Positions 17,510 to 27,041 of a DNA stretch of 64,000 nucleotides are shown piece by piece. A program made the position numbers and the translations under genes. Each line of letters begins with the position of its first letter. The stretch's first letter is position 1. Source of the stretch: a virus (taxonomy: Duplodnaviria; Caudoviricetes); the IMG/VR virus record IMGVR_UViG_2731957888_000002, positions 6,959 through 70,958 of that record. One strand, 5' to 3'. Under the pieces are notes generated by a model. That model was not told where the DNA came from. It made no database searches and saw only the letters and a list, made by a program, of their open reading frames with translations.

Positions 17510-20500
17510 ATGGGCACGAGCGTCATCGAGGCCAAATTCGTCCTCTCCGGTCAGGATGCGGGCGCGTCGGCGGCTGTCGGGCAGGTCGTCAAGGCGATCA
17601 AGCAGATCGAGGAGGCCGGTAAGGTCTCCAAGGAGGTCGACAAGCTCGCCCGCTCGCTGCTGGAGACCGAGAAGGCGCAGAAGGCCGTCAGCGCGGCGAT
17701 GGCCGCGCGCAACGGGCTGCCTCAGGCCCAGGCCGGCCTCAGGGCAGCGTCTGCCGAGGCTGCGCGGCTCGCTGCCGACCTCGACAAGGCCCGGGCGGCC
17801 GCGGCCGCCTTCAACGGCGTCCGGCTCACCCGCGGGTCGGATCAGGCCAAGTCCGCGGCCGAGGCCCGCCGGGCGGTGCGCGAGCTTGGGGCGGAGTATC
17901 GCAAGGCGGAGCGTGAGGTGCGCGTCGCGACCGCAGCGGTCGCGGCCCAGACCTCGACCCTGCACCACGCCGAACAAGCGGCGAAGGCCCTTGGCGCCGA
18001 TCTCGGCGCCCTGGAGAGCCACGAGCGGCGCCTGCGCGGCGCCGTCGAAAGCACGACCCAGGCGCTGCGCCAGCAGATCTCGACCGAGGAGCGCGCGGCG
18101 CAGGCCGCGGCGCACCATCGCCGCGAGATGCAGGAATACGACCGGCACATGCGCCGGCACGGGGCCATCGGCGCCGCCGCGGCGGCGGCCTCCGGCTACG
18201 TCGGCGTCCACACCGTGGCGCACGGGGTCAAGGAGACGATCCAGGCCGGCGCGCGCTACCAGCACGAGGTGGTGGCGCTGCGCAACGCCGGCCGCACGCC
18301 CCACGAGATGCACGAGATCGAGGAGGCCTCGCGCAAGACCTCGCTCGCGGTGCCGACGGCGACCTTCGAGGAGAACCTCAAGGTCATCAACGAGACGACC
18401 GGCGCGTTCGGCGACCTGCACCACGCGATCGAGAACCTGACCTTCATGCAGAAGTCGGCAAGCGTGCTGCACGCCTCCGCCGGCGACAAGATCCACGAGG
18501 GAGCGGGCGAACTCGGCAACAAGCTCGCCCGCTTCTTTGAGATGCGCGGCACCGCGGGCAACACCCCGGTGTTCCAGCGCGAGGCGGGCGAGCTCATCCG
18601 CGCGATGGCGTTCACCCGCGGCAACTTCAACCCGCGCGAGGCGGTCAACTTCGCCCAGCAGGCGAAGTCGTCGCTGCCGCTCTACAACGAGCGCTTCCTG
18701 ACGAAGATCGCCCCCTCGCTCGTGACCGAGTACGGCGGCGACCGGGCCGGCACGGCGGCGAACGCCTTTCGGAACGTGATCCTCGGCAAGGCCAACGACA
18801 AGAAGCAGGCCGAGGCCTGGATGGGCCTGGGGCTCCTCGACCCCAAGAAGGCGATCATGAAGGGCGGCCACGCCGTCTCGTGGTCGGGCGGCGCGGTCAA
18901 GGACACCAACCTCGCCCTGTCGGACCCGCTGGAATGGGCCCAGACGGTGCTCCTGCCGGCGATGCGAAAGAAGGGCATCAACGTCGACGACAAGCTTGAG
19001 CTGACCAAGTCGCTCGGCACGATGTTCCGCAACTCGAACTCGAACCTGTTCGCCGAGGCGCTGACGCAGAAGCTGTCGGTGCAGCGGCTGCTCAAGGACG
19101 AGGTGAACATCGACAAGGCGGGCACGCTCGACCAGATCTACGACCGCAACATGGCCCAGGATCCCACGCAAGGGATCAAGGCGGTCCAGGCCTCGCTCGA
19201 AAACTTGATCTCGACCGCATCCTCGCCGCTGATGGAGACCGCCGCGAGCGGCCTGAAGGCCGTCGCGACGGGCGTGCAGCAGCTCGCCGCCATGGCGAAG
19301 GATCACCCGAACCTCGCGGTGGCCGGCGGCCTCGGCGTGGCCGGGGCGAGCTTCGGGGCGGCGGGCCTGCTCTCCTACAAGCTCGCGACCGGGTTCGGGC
19401 TGTCGACCTCGGCGACCGCTCTGACGCACTCGGCTGCGATGCTCGACGCGGCGGCCGTGCGGCTCGGCGGTGGCGAGGCCCTGAAGACCGCGGCGACGGC
19501 CGGCGCTGGCGCCGGGGCCTTCCTCGGCATCGGCATGGCGGGATTTGCCGGCGGCGCGCTGCTCTCGGGCGTCGCGACCGCCGACCAACTGCCGAAGGTG
19601 CTCAAGGGGAAGGGGCCGACCTCCGTCGACCCCGCGACGGGCGGTGCGATCGATACGAACCCGATGGGCGACCTCGGGCCGACGATCAAGGAGTGGTGGA
19701 AGCGCACCCTGCCTGTTCTACTCGGCGGCGAGCCGGCCAAGGAGGCCGGCCGCGCGGCGGGCCAGGGCGTCGCCGATGGCGTGAAGGAGAAGGCCCCAGA
19801 AGTTCAGACCCAGGGCTGGTCGATCCTCAACGGCCTGCGCGGCATCTTTTCATATGGCGTCAACATCCCGATCAACTTCGTGCCCGGGGCTGGCGCGGGG
19901 GCGCTCGGCAGTCTCGGCAGCAGCGGCGGCAGCGGGATCCAAACAGCCTCTTTCTCGCCCGGTGGCGGGGGCGTGGGCGGGGTACCAGCAATCCGGGCTG
20001 GCGGCCGCTTCGGCGGCCTAGCGGTCGCAGGCGGCGGCGGTGGCAGCTTCGGTGGCCGTGCCCAGGCAGTCAGCGCGGGTTCGGGCATCGGCCACATCGC
20101 CTCCAAGGCGGAGCGAGCGGCATACATCCGGCAGGCGGCGATCGCGCGGGGCATCGACCCGGAGGTGGCGCTGCGGGTCGCCCAGTCCGAGGGCTTCAAC
20201 CAATACGTCGGTGACCAGGGTCGATCCTTCGGTGACTGGCAACTCTTCACCGGCGGTGGGGTCGGCAATCGGGCACTCGCGGCCGGGATCAACATCCGCG
20301 ATCCGAACACGTGGAAGCAGCAGACCGACTTCGCTCTGGATGTCGCCAAGCGCGAAGGCTGGGGGCAGTGGTACGGGGCAGCTCGCGTCGGCATCGGCAA
20401 GCGGCAAGGGCTCGGGCAGGGCCGCACAGTCGGCGGCGTGCCCGGCATGCCAGATCCGGGCCCCGGCTACATGGTCCCGCTCCATAAGGGCGGCACAGGG

Positions 20501-20821
20501 CTCTCGCGCTACAGCGACGAGCAGCTTCGAGAGATGGAAGCGGCGGACGCCAAACGCAGGGGCATCAAGGAGATGCCTCGCATCCCGGAGGGCGCCTCGT
20601 TCGGCGGCGCTTTCGGCTTGCAAGGTGCGGTAGCCGAGTTCCGCGACGCTGTGGGCGAGCTGCGGAAAGCCTCCTGGCGCAGCCATCACACGGTCGAGGT
20701 ATCGGCCTCACCCGGGCTCCAGGCTCGCACTCGCGCGATGCATGCCTCCACCAAGGGCCCGATGAGAGCAGACCTTGGCGTGACTATGCCTGGAGCGCGC
20801 ATCGAAGGAGAGTGGATCTGA
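17510..20821 (+). CDS. Tape measure protein with a lysozyme/transglycosylase-like domain
   Basis: 1103 aa, Ala-rich helical; AYIRQAA.ARGIDPEVALRVAQSEG...GDWQL...GWGQWYG at ~20120-20400. Confidence 0.9.
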   Translation: MGTSVIEAKFVLSGQDAGASAAVGQVVKAIKQIEEAGKVSKEVDKLARSLLETEKAQKAVSAAMAARNGLPQAQAGLRAASAEAARLAADLDKARAAAAAFNGVRLTRGSDQAKSAAEARRAVRELGAEYRKAEREVRVATAAVAAQTSTLHHAEQAAKALGADLGALESHERRLRGAVESTTQALRQQISTEERAAQAAAHHRREMQEYDRHMRRHGAIGAAAAAASGYVGVHTVAHGVKETIQAGARYQHEVVALRNAGRTPHEMHEIEEASRKTSLAVPTATFEENLKVINETTGAFGDLHHAIENLTFMQKSASVLHASAGDKIHEGAGELGNKLARFFEMRGTAGNTPVFQREAGELIRAMAFTRGNFNPREAVNFAQQAKSSLPLYNERFLTKIAPSLVTEYGGDRAGTAANAFRNVILGKANDKKQAEAWMGLGLLDPKKAIMKGGHAVSWSGGAVKDTNLALSDPLEWAQTVLLPAMRKKGINVDDKLELTKSLGTMFRNSNSNLFAEALTQKLSVQRLLKDEVNIDKAGTLDQIYDRNMAQDPTQGIKAVQASLENLISTASSPLMETAASGLKAVATGVQQLAAMAKDHPNLAVAGGLGVAGASFGAAGLLSYKLATGFGLSTSATALTHSAAMLDAAAVRLGGGEALKTAATAGAGAGAFLGIGMAGFAGGALLSGVATADQLPKVLKGKGPTSVDPATGGAIDTNPMGDLGPTIKEWWKRTLPVLLGGEPAKEAGRAAGQGVADGVKEKAPEVQTQGWSILNGLRGIFSYGVNIPINFVPGAGAGALGSLGSSGGSGIQTASFSPGGGGVGGVPAIRAGGRFGGLAVAGGGGGSFGGRAQAVSAGSGIGHIASKAERAAYIRQAAIARGIDPEVALRVAQSEGFNQYVGDQGRSFGDWQLFTGGGVGNRALAAGINIRDPNTWKQQTDFALDVAKREGWGQWYGAARVGIGKRQGLGQGRTVGGVPGMPDPGPGYMVPLHKGGTGLSRYSDEQLREMEAADAKRRGIKEMPRIPEGASFGGAFGLQGAVAEFRDAVGELRKASWRSHHTVEVSASPGLQARTRAMHASTKGPMRADLGVTMPGARIEGEWI

Positions 20822-21399
20822 TGCTCAGCCTCCACCTCGGCACCGCCGGCATCATGGACATGGCGAAGGCGCTGGCCGCGACCGGCAAGCGCCTTCCGAG
20901 CGCCCAGGCCCTGGTGCTCAACCGGGTCGGCACCCGCGTCAAGCGCATCGTCAACGACACGCTGCCGGCCCAGACCGGGCTCTCGCGCTACACGATCAAC
21001 CGCGCGGTGAAGATGCGCCGCGCATCCCCGAAGAACCCGAGCGTCACGATCTGGACGCGCGGCGGCGACATCTCGCTCAAGTACTTCCGCCCACGGGAAG
21101 AGAACGGCGGGGTCACCGCCTACATCTACGGCCACAAGGAGGTCTTCCCGGGGGCCTTCCGGCTCTCGGGCAAGGCGCCGAACCGCCGGATGGTCAAGAA
21201 GCTCAACGGCCACGTCTTCGAGAACACCGACGGCGGCTACTGGCGCGGGCACATCCGCAAGATCCGATCGGGGGTCCTCATCCCGGCCGAGATGATCCGG
21301 GGCAAGACGCGCCAGGCGTTCGAGCAGGTCGTCACCCACGAGCTGCCGCGTGAGGTCGAGCGCGAGCTCGCCAGGATCCTGCCGGGGGGCGGATCGTGA
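20812..21399 (+). CDS. Phage minor tail protein, gpZ-like
   Basis: Basic protein; paralog of 1584-2153. Confidence 0.75.
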   Translation: MDLMLSLHLGTAGIMDMAKALAATGKRLPSAQALVLNRVGTRVKRIVNDTLPAQTGLSRYTINRAVKMRRASPKNPSVTIWTRGGDISLKYFRPREENGGVTAYIYGHKEVFPGAFRLSGKAPNRRMVKKLNGHVFENTDGGYWRGHIRKIRSGVLIPAEMIRGKTRQAFEQVVTHELPREVERELARILPGGGS

Positions 21400-21878
21400 G
21401 CCGCAACTGGCCCCGAACGGTCCCGGGCGCGTCGTTCAAGGGGGCCTCGTTCGAGGTCAACCGCGAAGACCTGGACGGCGCGGGCCGCTATGTCGCCGAG
21501 CACCTCTATGCCAAGGCGGAGGAGCACGGCACCGAGGATATGGGCCGCAGGCTCCGGCGGTTCCGGGTCAATGCCTACATCTGCGGCGATGCCGCGGATG
21601 CCGACGCCATGGATTTCGTCGAGCTGTGCTCGACGCCCGGCGCCGGCATGCTGATCCTGCCGATGCTGCCGGGCGTCATGGTCCGGTGCACCGGCTGCTC
21701 CCGCTCGGCCGAGAAGATCCGGCAGGGCGTGATCGGCTTCGACCTGCAGTTCGTCGAGGCGGGCGCCGAGGGCGGTGGCTTCCCGGCCATTCCGCTCGGC
21801 GACCGGATCGCCGAGACCATCCTCGACGGGCTGTCGGGGATCATCGGTGACGCACTCTCCAGCTTCGGGATGCCCTGA
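21396..21878 (+). CDS. DNA circularization protein N-terminal domain (Mu gp43-like)
   Basis: ASFKGASFEV, GR...EH.Y, EDMGR, F.LQFVEAG. Confidence 0.9.
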   Translation: MSRNWPRTVPGASFKGASFEVNREDLDGAGRYVAEHLYAKAEEHGTEDMGRRLRRFRVNAYICGDAADADAMDFVELCSTPGAGMLILPMLPGVMVRCTGCSRSAEKIRQGVIGFDLQFVEAGAEGGGFPAIPLGDRIAETILDGLSGIIGDALSSFGMP

Positions 21879-22615
21879 TGACCGACATCCCGAGCAGCGC
21901 GCTCGCCGCCGCGGCGGTGAGCGCCGACACGCTGGCCGGCTTGGTGCTCGATCTCGTCGCGGGGCTCCCGGTCGACACGGCGACCGCGCAGACCATCGGT
22001 CGCGCTGCGCGCCGCGCTCGGTTCCTGGCTCCTCGGATCGTGACCCAGGCCGATGTCGCCGCCATCGCCCGCATTCTGACGCGGGCGATCCGCGACGTGG
22101 CGCGGGCCGCGACGCCGGGGGATGCCAGCACCGCCCTCTACGCGGCCGCCGCCGGAGCACGGGAAGCCTACCCGCGAACCGCGTCGCCCGCGCTCACTCG
22201 CGCCTACCGCTTCGCCCAGGCACTGGCGGCCGGAATCGAGGTGTCGTGCCTGGGCGAGGCGTTCCTGGCCGAAGCACGCAGCGCGTTCGTCGATCGGCCG
22301 TCCGGTGATCGCGCCCGATCCCGGATCGGCGCGGCCATGGAGGCCTCCGGCGACCGCATCGCCGGCCTTCTCGGTCAAGCCACCTATGGCGCGCTGAACC
22401 AGGTCGCGCTCCAGGCTGGTGCCTATCTCGCCCAGGAGGTCGCGACCCTGCGCCCGGTTGTGGTGGTGCAGGCGCAAGCCGCGCGCCCGTCCACGGCGCT
22501 CGCCTATGCGCTCTACGGCGATCCTGCCCGCGGGGCGGAGCTTGTCGCACGGAACGCGATCGCGACGCCCCTCTTCTGCGGCCCGACGATCGAGGCCCTG
22601 TCCCCATCCGCGTGA
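21878..22615 (+). CDS. DNA circularization protein C-terminal part
   Basis: TGATG-coupled; PS.ALAY.LYGDPARG.ELVARN...P.F motif. Confidence 0.8.
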   Translation: MTDIPSSALAAAAVSADTLAGLVLDLVAGLPVDTATAQTIGRAARRARFLAPRIVTQADVAAIARILTRAIRDVARAATPGDASTALYAAAAGAREAYPRTASPALTRAYRFAQALAAGIEVSCLGEAFLAEARSAFVDRPSGDRARSRIGAAMEASGDRIAGLLGQATYGALNQVALQAGAYLAQEVATLRPVVVVQAQAARPSTALAYALYGDPARGAELVARNAIATPLFCGPTIEALSPSA

Positions 22616-22621
22616 GGTACC

Positions 22622-23797
22622 ATGGCCGCCCCTGTCTGGGAGATCATCACCCTGGTGATTGATGGGCAGGCCCTCCAGGGCTGGCAGCAGGTCAGCGTGA
22701 CCCGCTCGGCCGAGGCTGCAGCCATCTCGTTTTCGCTGGTAGCGACCAACCCCGGCTGGTCCGAGGAAGCCCGGCTTCTGCGCAAGGGCAAGCTGGTCCA
22801 GATTTACACGGCGCCCGACACGGAAGGCGCCGGGTTCGGTAGCTTCAGCGCCGCCAAGGCCGATCTCTTCTGTACCGGCTACATCGACGAGTACGAGGTC
22901 GAGATCGGACCGCGCGAACGACGCGAGGTCGGGGTCTCGGGGCGCTCGAAAGCCGGTGACGCGATCGATTGCCCGCCCGCCAAGCACAAGACCGGACAGG
23001 TCGAGAACAAGGACCTGAAAGGGGTGGCGGAAGAGTTCGACGAGTGGGACATAGGCTTTGCTGCCGATGTGCCGCTCAAGAAGATACCCGAGGTCCAGAT
23101 CGTCCCGGGGGAGTCAATGTTCAAAGTTTTGGGGCGCGAGGCCAGCCGTTTGGGCGTGCTCCTGACCGGGCAGCCCGATGGCAAGGTCAAGATCACCCGG
23201 GCCGGCAAGAACCGGCACGCTGGCGCCCTCGTCGAGGGGCAGCCGCCGGTCTCGAAGTGGAAGATCCGATTTTCGATTCAGAACAAGCGCTCGCCCATCA
23301 TCGTGCGCGGGCAGACCGCCCGCGGCACCGGCGCCAAGGCGCTGCGGCAGGAAGAGCGGGCCGAGGATCCGAGCGTCGAGCGCTACCGCCCCGAGATCCT
23401 GTTCAACGAAGGCTCCGACACCTCGAAGGAGCTGAAGCGCCGGGCCGAATGGCAGAAGCTGCGGCGCTCCGGCTCCGGCATTTCCGCCTCGCCCCATGTC
23501 GCGACGTGGCGCGACGAGGCCGGCAAGCTCTGGGAGCCGGGCAACCTCGTCGCCTGCCGGGTCCCGAGCGAGGACCTGGACCAGGATCTCGCCCTGAAAA
23601 GCATAACGTTCGTCCAGGTGATGGGTGAAGGCGAAGGTGCCGGTACCTATGCCGACCTCACCCTCGTCGAGCCCCGCACGCTGGGCGGCACGAAAACCGG
23701 TGGCGGGTCCCCGAGCGGTGATCTTGACCCGGGCGGGGACGGCGTCGGCGATGCCGACGGCCTCGAGGACGGCAACGAAGGGGATGATCTCGTATGA
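22622..23797 (+). CDS. Baseplate hub protein (Mu gp44/P-like)
   Basis: GWQQVSVTRS, TGYID, SGRSK.GD.IDC, WR...GKLWEPG. Confidence 0.9.
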   Translation: MAAPVWEIITLVIDGQALQGWQQVSVTRSAEAAAISFSLVATNPGWSEEARLLRKGKLVQIYTAPDTEGAGFGSFSAAKADLFCTGYIDEYEVEIGPRERREVGVSGRSKAGDAIDCPPAKHKTGQVENKDLKGVAEEFDEWDIGFAADVPLKKIPEVQIVPGESMFKVLGREASRLGVLLTGQPDGKVKITRAGKNRHAGALVEGQPPVSKWKIRFSIQNKRSPIIVRGQTARGTGAKALRQEERAEDPSVERYRPEILFNEGSDTSKELKRRAEWQKLRRSGSGISASPHVATWRDEAGKLWEPGNLVACRVPSEDLDQDLALKSITFVQVMGEGEGAGTYADLTLVEPRTLGGTKTGGGSPSGDLDPGGDGVGDADGLEDGNEGDDLV

Positions 23798-24291
23798 GCG
23801 GGCGCCTGTTCCGGGTCGAGCACGTCGACACCAACGACGACGGCGACCTTCAGACGACGACTCTCCTCGGGCCGCAGGGCGAGACGCTGAAGCGGGTCCA
23901 CCGCCTCCAGCCGTTCGGCTTCCACTCCAGCGCGCCCAAGGGCGCGCATGGCCTTGGGGTGCAGTTCGGCGGCGGACCCGATGGCGGGCGCCGCCTCAAC
24001 ATGGTGCTGGGGCTCGAGGATCCGACCAATCGCCCGCGCAAGCGCGAGCAGGGGTCGACAGCGCTCTACGATGCCAACGGCTCGATGATCTCGCTCGTGC
24101 AGAGCGAGATGCGGGTCGTCCATGCCAAGCAACACGTGATCGCGGTCGGCGGCGTGACCTTCACGATCACGAAGGACGGCGTCGACATCCGGGGCGGCAA
24201 GGTCACCCACGAGGGCAAGGATATTGGCGCCACCCACCGCCACGGCGGTGTGCAGAAGGGCAGCTCGGACACCGACGTTCCGGAAGGGTAG
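23794..24291 (+). CDS. Baseplate spike (Mu gp45-like)
   Basis: QPFGF.S, ALYD..G, C-terminal THRHGGV HxH motif. Confidence 0.88.
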   Translation: MSGRLFRVEHVDTNDDGDLQTTTLLGPQGETLKRVHRLQPFGFHSSAPKGAHGLGVQFGGGPDGGRRLNMVLGLEDPTNRPRKREQGSTALYDANGSMISLVQSEMRVVHAKQHVIAVGGVTFTITKDGVDIRGGKVTHEGKDIGATHRHGGVQKGSSDTDVPEG

Positions 24292-24296
24292 CGACG

Positions 24297-24869
24297 ATGC
24301 AGATCACCGTCACGCCGCTGGCGGATACCCGCGTCGTCGTGCTGCCGCCGGACATCGTCTGGCTCAAGGCCGACGGCACACCCGCCGGCCCGGGCGAGAG
24401 CGGCGTCGTCGGCGACTTCCGCCTCTCGACGCGAGCGGCCGACGGGCCGGTCGGCGGCCTCGTGGCCGCCAACCCGCTGCGCACCGCGACGTTGCTGCTG
24501 CTGTTCACCGACATCCGGTGCGAGAGCTTCGAACTGCGGCCCGAGCATCGGGGCGACCGGCGCGGCTGGCCGGGCGATGGATTCGACATCGACACGGCTG
24601 CGGGCGAGGCGCCGCTCGGTTCCAAGCTCTGGCTCTACCGTCGTTCGATCCTCTCCGAACAGGTCGGGATGCAGGTCGCGGCCGAGGCCAAGCGCGCGCT
24701 GTCGCCACTGTTGAGGCAGCAGGCGGTCGCGCGAATCGACACCGCTTACGTCCTCGACATCGAGGGGGACGCCCTCGGGCTGCCGATCGACATGTACGGG
24801 CGTGACGGTCGCAAGGTCTACGCCGACCGGTTCGATTTCCTCTGGAGCAGATCCGATGGCGGGCTATAA
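24297..24869 (+). CDS. Baseplate protein (Mu gp46-like)
   Basis: LFTD.R, RRGW.GD, LGSKLWL.RR. Confidence 0.9.
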   Translation: MQITVTPLADTRVVVLPPDIVWLKADGTPAGPGESGVVGDFRLSTRAADGPVGGLVAANPLRTATLLLLFTDIRCESFELRPEHRGDRRGWPGDGFDIDTAAGEAPLGSKLWLYRRSILSEQVGMQVAAEAKRALSPLLRQQAVARIDTAYVLDIEGDALGLPIDMYGRDGRKVYADRFDFLWSRSDGGL

Positions 24870-25974
24870 CATCCGCTCGCTGAACGAGCTGAGTGCGCAG
24901 GCGCGCCAGTTCTTTACACAATCAATAGACGGCGCCATCGCGAGCGTCTGGGCCAATACATTCACCGTCATCTGTAAGGTTTTGGCGCTGCTCGATTTCG
25001 AGCATGAGATGCGCCGGGCCTGGCTGTTCAAGCAGATGTTCGCCTCGACCGCGGACGAACTCTGGCTCACGCGCCACGCCTTCGAACTCGGCATGGTCCG
25101 CGCGCCGGGCGTCGCCGCCTTCGGGCAGGTGACGATCGCCGCCCCGACCGGCGCCGTGGTCCCGGCCGGCCTGACCTTCGTGCGCGACGACGGCGCGACC
25201 GTCACGTCGCTGACGATCGGGACGGGCTCGGGCGGGGTCGCGACCCTCTACGTCGAGGCCGACCTCGCGGGCGCGGCCGGCAACGTCCCGGCGGGCACGA
25301 GCCTCGCGCTCTCGCCCGACACGCCCGTGCCCGACGGCGTCGGCGCGGTCGCGACGGTTCTCGCCGCCGGCGACGGCACCGGGCTCTCCGGCGGCATCGA
25401 CCCCGAGAGCCTCGAGACATTCCGCGCCCGCGTGCTCGCCCGCAAGCGCAGCCCGCCGCACGGGGGCTCGGCCTCCGACTACGCCATGTGGCTGCGCGAG
25501 GTGATCCCGCACGCCGCCGGGGTCTGGGTCGACAGCTTCGTCAACGACTCGCGCGCGGTCTGGGTCGCGTTCACGGTCGTCGACGCCGCGACCGGCGCGA
25601 CCCGCGTCCCGACCACGAACGAGCGGATCGTCGCGCAGACCTACCTCGACAGCCCGCTCCGCCGCCCGGTCACCGCCCGGGTCTTCGTGGCCCCGCTGAT
25701 CCCGGTCGCGGTCCCGCTGACCATCGCCGGCCTTGTGCCGGATCGGCCCGAGACCCGGGCGGCGATCGCGGCCGAGGTCGCGGCGGTCTACGCCGACCGC
25801 GCCGAGCCCGGCAAACCGACGCTCGGGGCCTTCACCCTCTCGCGCTCCTGGCTCGACGAGGCGGCGAGCCGCGCGACCGGCGAGGACCGCCACCGGCTGC
25901 TCGCGCCCCCCGACGACCTCGTCTTCGGGGCGGGCGAGTACCCGGTCCCGGGGCCGATCACCTATACCGCCTGA
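24856..25974 (+). CDS. Baseplate J-like protein (Mu gp47)
   Basis: QMFASTAD, G.AGN, GG.DPES.E.FRARVL, PPHGG..DY..W, RPVTA. Confidence 0.92.
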   Translation: MAGYNIRSLNELSAQARQFFTQSIDGAIASVWANTFTVICKVLALLDFEHEMRRAWLFKQMFASTADELWLTRHAFELGMVRAPGVAAFGQVTIAAPTGAVVPAGLTFVRDDGATVTSLTIGTGSGGVATLYVEADLAGAAGNVPAGTSLALSPDTPVPDGVGAVATVLAAGDGTGLSGGIDPESLETFRARVLARKRSPPHGGSASDYAMWLREVIPHAAGVWVDSFVNDSRAVWVAFTVVDAATGATRVPTTNERIVAQTYLDSPLRRPVTARVFVAPLIPVAVPLTIAGLVPDRPETRAAIAAEVAAVYADRAEPGKPTLGAFTLSRSWLDEAASRATGEDRHRLLAPPDDLVFGAGEYPVPGPITYTA

Positions 25975-25987
25975 GGGGCCGGCCGCC

Positions 25988-26956
25988 ATGCTCACCGACC
26001 TGCTCCGGGGGCTCGGCTGCCTCACCGCCGACCGGGTCCTGCCGCGCGCCGACCGCGACACGCTGACGGTCGACGCGTCCCCTGAGGGCTGCGATCCGGG
26101 CCGGCCCTGCGAGGTGCTGCCGACGGTCCCGCCGTCGGTCGTCGACCGGCAGGCGGCCCCGACCGCCGACGATCTCTATCCCCAGATCGCCGGCGTCCTG
26201 ACCCCGCGCGGGCCGGCCTGGGGCACCGACGAGGCCGGAGACGGCCGCGGCGCCGGGCCGGTGATGCGCGGGGTCTGGCGCGCGCTCGCCGCCTGGACGG
26301 CGCGGCAGAACGCCGACGAGTGGACCCTCGCGACCCAGGCGCTGCCTTCGGCGATCACCTACTCGCTCGCCGACTGGGAGGCGGAGTACGGCCTGCCGGA
26401 CCCCTGCGGGCCCGGCGGCCTGACGACGGAAGGGCGGGTCGCGGCGGTCGCGGCGCGGTTTCGCGCCCGCGGCGGGGCCTCGCCGGCCTACTTCGTCTGC
26501 CTCGCGGCGACCCTCGGCTACACGGTCACGATCGAGGAGCCGACGCAGTTCCTCTGCGACGTCTCGTCGGTGGGGACGAACTCCCTCGTGGAGGGGTTCT
26601 TCCGCTGCGACGAGGGTGTCTGCGACGACACCCCGATCCAGTCGTACGCCATGGTCCCGGAGGCCAGTTCGACCGACCAGGCGGGCGGCGATCCGTTCGT
26701 GGAAGCGTTCTTCCGCTGCGACGAAGGAATTTGCGACGCAACCCCGATCGAGAGCTACGCGGTCAACCCGACCGCCGTCGCTTGGCAATTCTGGGTGGTT
26801 CACGCTCCGCTACAGGGCGAGTCGTATTTTCGCTGCGACGAAGGCGTATGCGACGCGACTCCCATCGAGTCGTTCACGCCGGCATCCGACCTTGAATGTC
26901 TGATGCGCCGCTACAGCCCGGCTCACACGACGGTCGTCTTCAATTACGACCGTTGA
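25988..26956 (+). CDS. Baseplate/tail protein DUF2313 (Mu gp48-like) with internal Cys/Asp repeats
   Basis: PRGPAW, L.DWEAEYGLPD.C, LGY.VTIEE, LEC.....PAHT.V.F.Y. Confidence 0.88.
   Translation: MLTDLLRGLGCLTADRVLPRADRDTLTVDASPEGCDPGRPCEVLPTVPPSVVDRQAAPTADDLYPQIAGVLTPRGPAWGTDEAGDGRGAGPVMRGVWRALAAWTARQNADEWTLATQALPSAITYSLADWEAEYGLPDPCGPGGLTTEGRVAAVAARFRARGGASPAYFVCLAATLGYTVTIEEPTQFLCDVSSVGTNSLVEGFFRCDEGVCDDTPIQSYAMVPEASSTDQAGGDPFVEAFFRCDEGICDATPIESYAVNPTAVAWQFWVVHAPLQGESYFRCDEGVCDATPIESFTPASDLECLMRRYSPAHTTVVFNYDR
26588..26880 (+). repeat. Three ~60-bp coding repeats (ExFFRCDEGxCDxTPIxS)
   Basis: Copies start near 26588, 26699 and 26818, with synonymous differences. Confidence 0.85.
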
Positions 26957-27041
26957 TCGGTCTTCACATCATCTTCGTGACGCCCTCGGCCTCCCGCGTG
27001 CAGCCGCGCGGGCGGGTCGCCTCATGGGAGCCTGATCTTCG

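Noticed and set aside
26588-26880. Repeats beside the tail fibre as a DGR template/variable pair
   Set aside because: No reverse transcriptase in the window; differences are mostly synonymous rather than adenine-specific.
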